From assembly GCA_039621445.1 (NCBI GenBank), contig CP154954.1, positions 1,984,001 to 2,048,000 on the forward strand: a DNA stretch of 64,000 nucleotides, given 5' to 3'. The DNA is from Euglena gracilis. Its lineage: Eukaryota. Positions 63,054-64,000 of the stretch are shown piece by piece (positions within the stretch are counted from its first letter, which is position 1; each line of letters opens with the position of its first letter). Position numbers and translations under genes: made by a program. Below the pieces are notes generated by a model, which searched no databases, was not told the DNA's origin, and worked only from the letters and a program-made list of their open reading frames with translations.

Positions 63054-63798
63054 GTGTATGAGTCGCGGGGGGGGGTCGCGGGGGGGTCGCGGGGGGGGGT
63101 CGCGGGGGGGTCGCGGGGGGGGGGTCGCGGGGGGAACGTGGAAGTTTTGACGGGTCACACGTGACAAGTGTGACCTCTCATACAACGTCACATGGGACCT
63201 ATTTTTAGAACTTTTGGTCCAAAAATAGCTCCAATTAGGAATTTGTCACACATTTTAGGCAATTTTGATTCCTAATTTGGGTGCAAATTCCTAATCAGGT
63301 GCCCTTTTTTGGCTCCTACTGGGATGCGGAAACCCTCCATGTGTGGGTCGCGGGGGGGTCGCGGGGGGGTCGCGGGGGGGGGGGTCGCGGGGGATACACC
63401 CCCAACAAAAAAACATGTTTTCTTTTTTAAAAAAGCAAAATTTGACCTTTTTCCTTGCGAAATGCCCATTTTTTGAGGAAAAGGGTGTATCCCCCGCGAC
63501 CCCCCCCCCCCACCCCCCCGCGACCCCCCTGCGACCCACACATGGAGGGTTTCCACATCCCAGTAGGAGCCAAAAAGTGGCACCTAATTCCTAATTTGCA
63601 CTCAAATTAGGAATCAAAATTGCCAAAAATGTGTGACAAATTCCTAATTGCTATTTTTGGACCCAAAAGTTCTAAAAATAGGTTCCATGTGACGTTGTAT
63701 GAAAGGTCACACTTGTCACACGTGACCCGTCAAAACTTCCACATTCCCCCCGCGACCCCCCCGCGACCCCCCCGCGACCCCCCCCGCGACTCATACAC
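63054..63798. mobile_element. 745-bp foldback/MITE-like palindrome
   Basis: Arms ~63054-63400 and ~63482-63798 are diverged reverse complements around an ~80-bp spacer; GGGGTCGCGGGG sub-repeats. Confidence 0.75.
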
Positions 63799-64000
63799 CC
63801 CCACTCATTTTTTTGGTCATCAAAAGTGACGTATTTTTAGTTTTTCCAGCACCTTTAATGGACTACGAAGCTGCAGAGATGAAAAAAAGTAAAAAAAAAG
63901 TTTTAAAAAAATTCCCCCAAACCCCCATGAGGTTTTTTTTAAAAAAAATTTTAAAAAAACATATTTTTTCTTAGGGGGTACTAACCCCGTGCCCCCCCCC

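Overview
Eukaryotic, repeat-dominated DNA, most likely from a euglenid (inferred from intron type). Left 38.4 kb: a head-to-tail tandem array of four related Helitrons on the minus strand. Three junctions each read 9-bp hairpin, 6-7 nt, CTTG|TC (at 1211/1212, 12044/12045, 19246/19247). Element A (19247-38433) has an uninterrupted RepHel reading frame of at least 1545 codons once five non-GT-AG, stem-paired euglenid-type introns are removed; a sixth such intron lies upstream. A also carries two multi-exon cargo genes of unknown function and an array of ~60-aa repeat exons. Element C (1212-12044) is a near-identical copy of A lacking 10.56 kb including RepHel. B and D are satellite-filled non-autonomous relatives sharing a paralogous first exon. 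Right 25.6 kb: a ~24 kb nested inverted duplication (38433-62305) folded inside the gag-like ORF of an LTR retrotransposon. It contains a DIRS/Ngaro-type RT-RNase H preceded by a 2A-like motif, a CRE-clade LINE RT fragment and several MITE-like elements. This part has hallmarks of a fold-back or chimeric sequencing/assembly artefact. No rRNA, tRNA or CRISPR array seen. All calls are by eye; no database searches were run.
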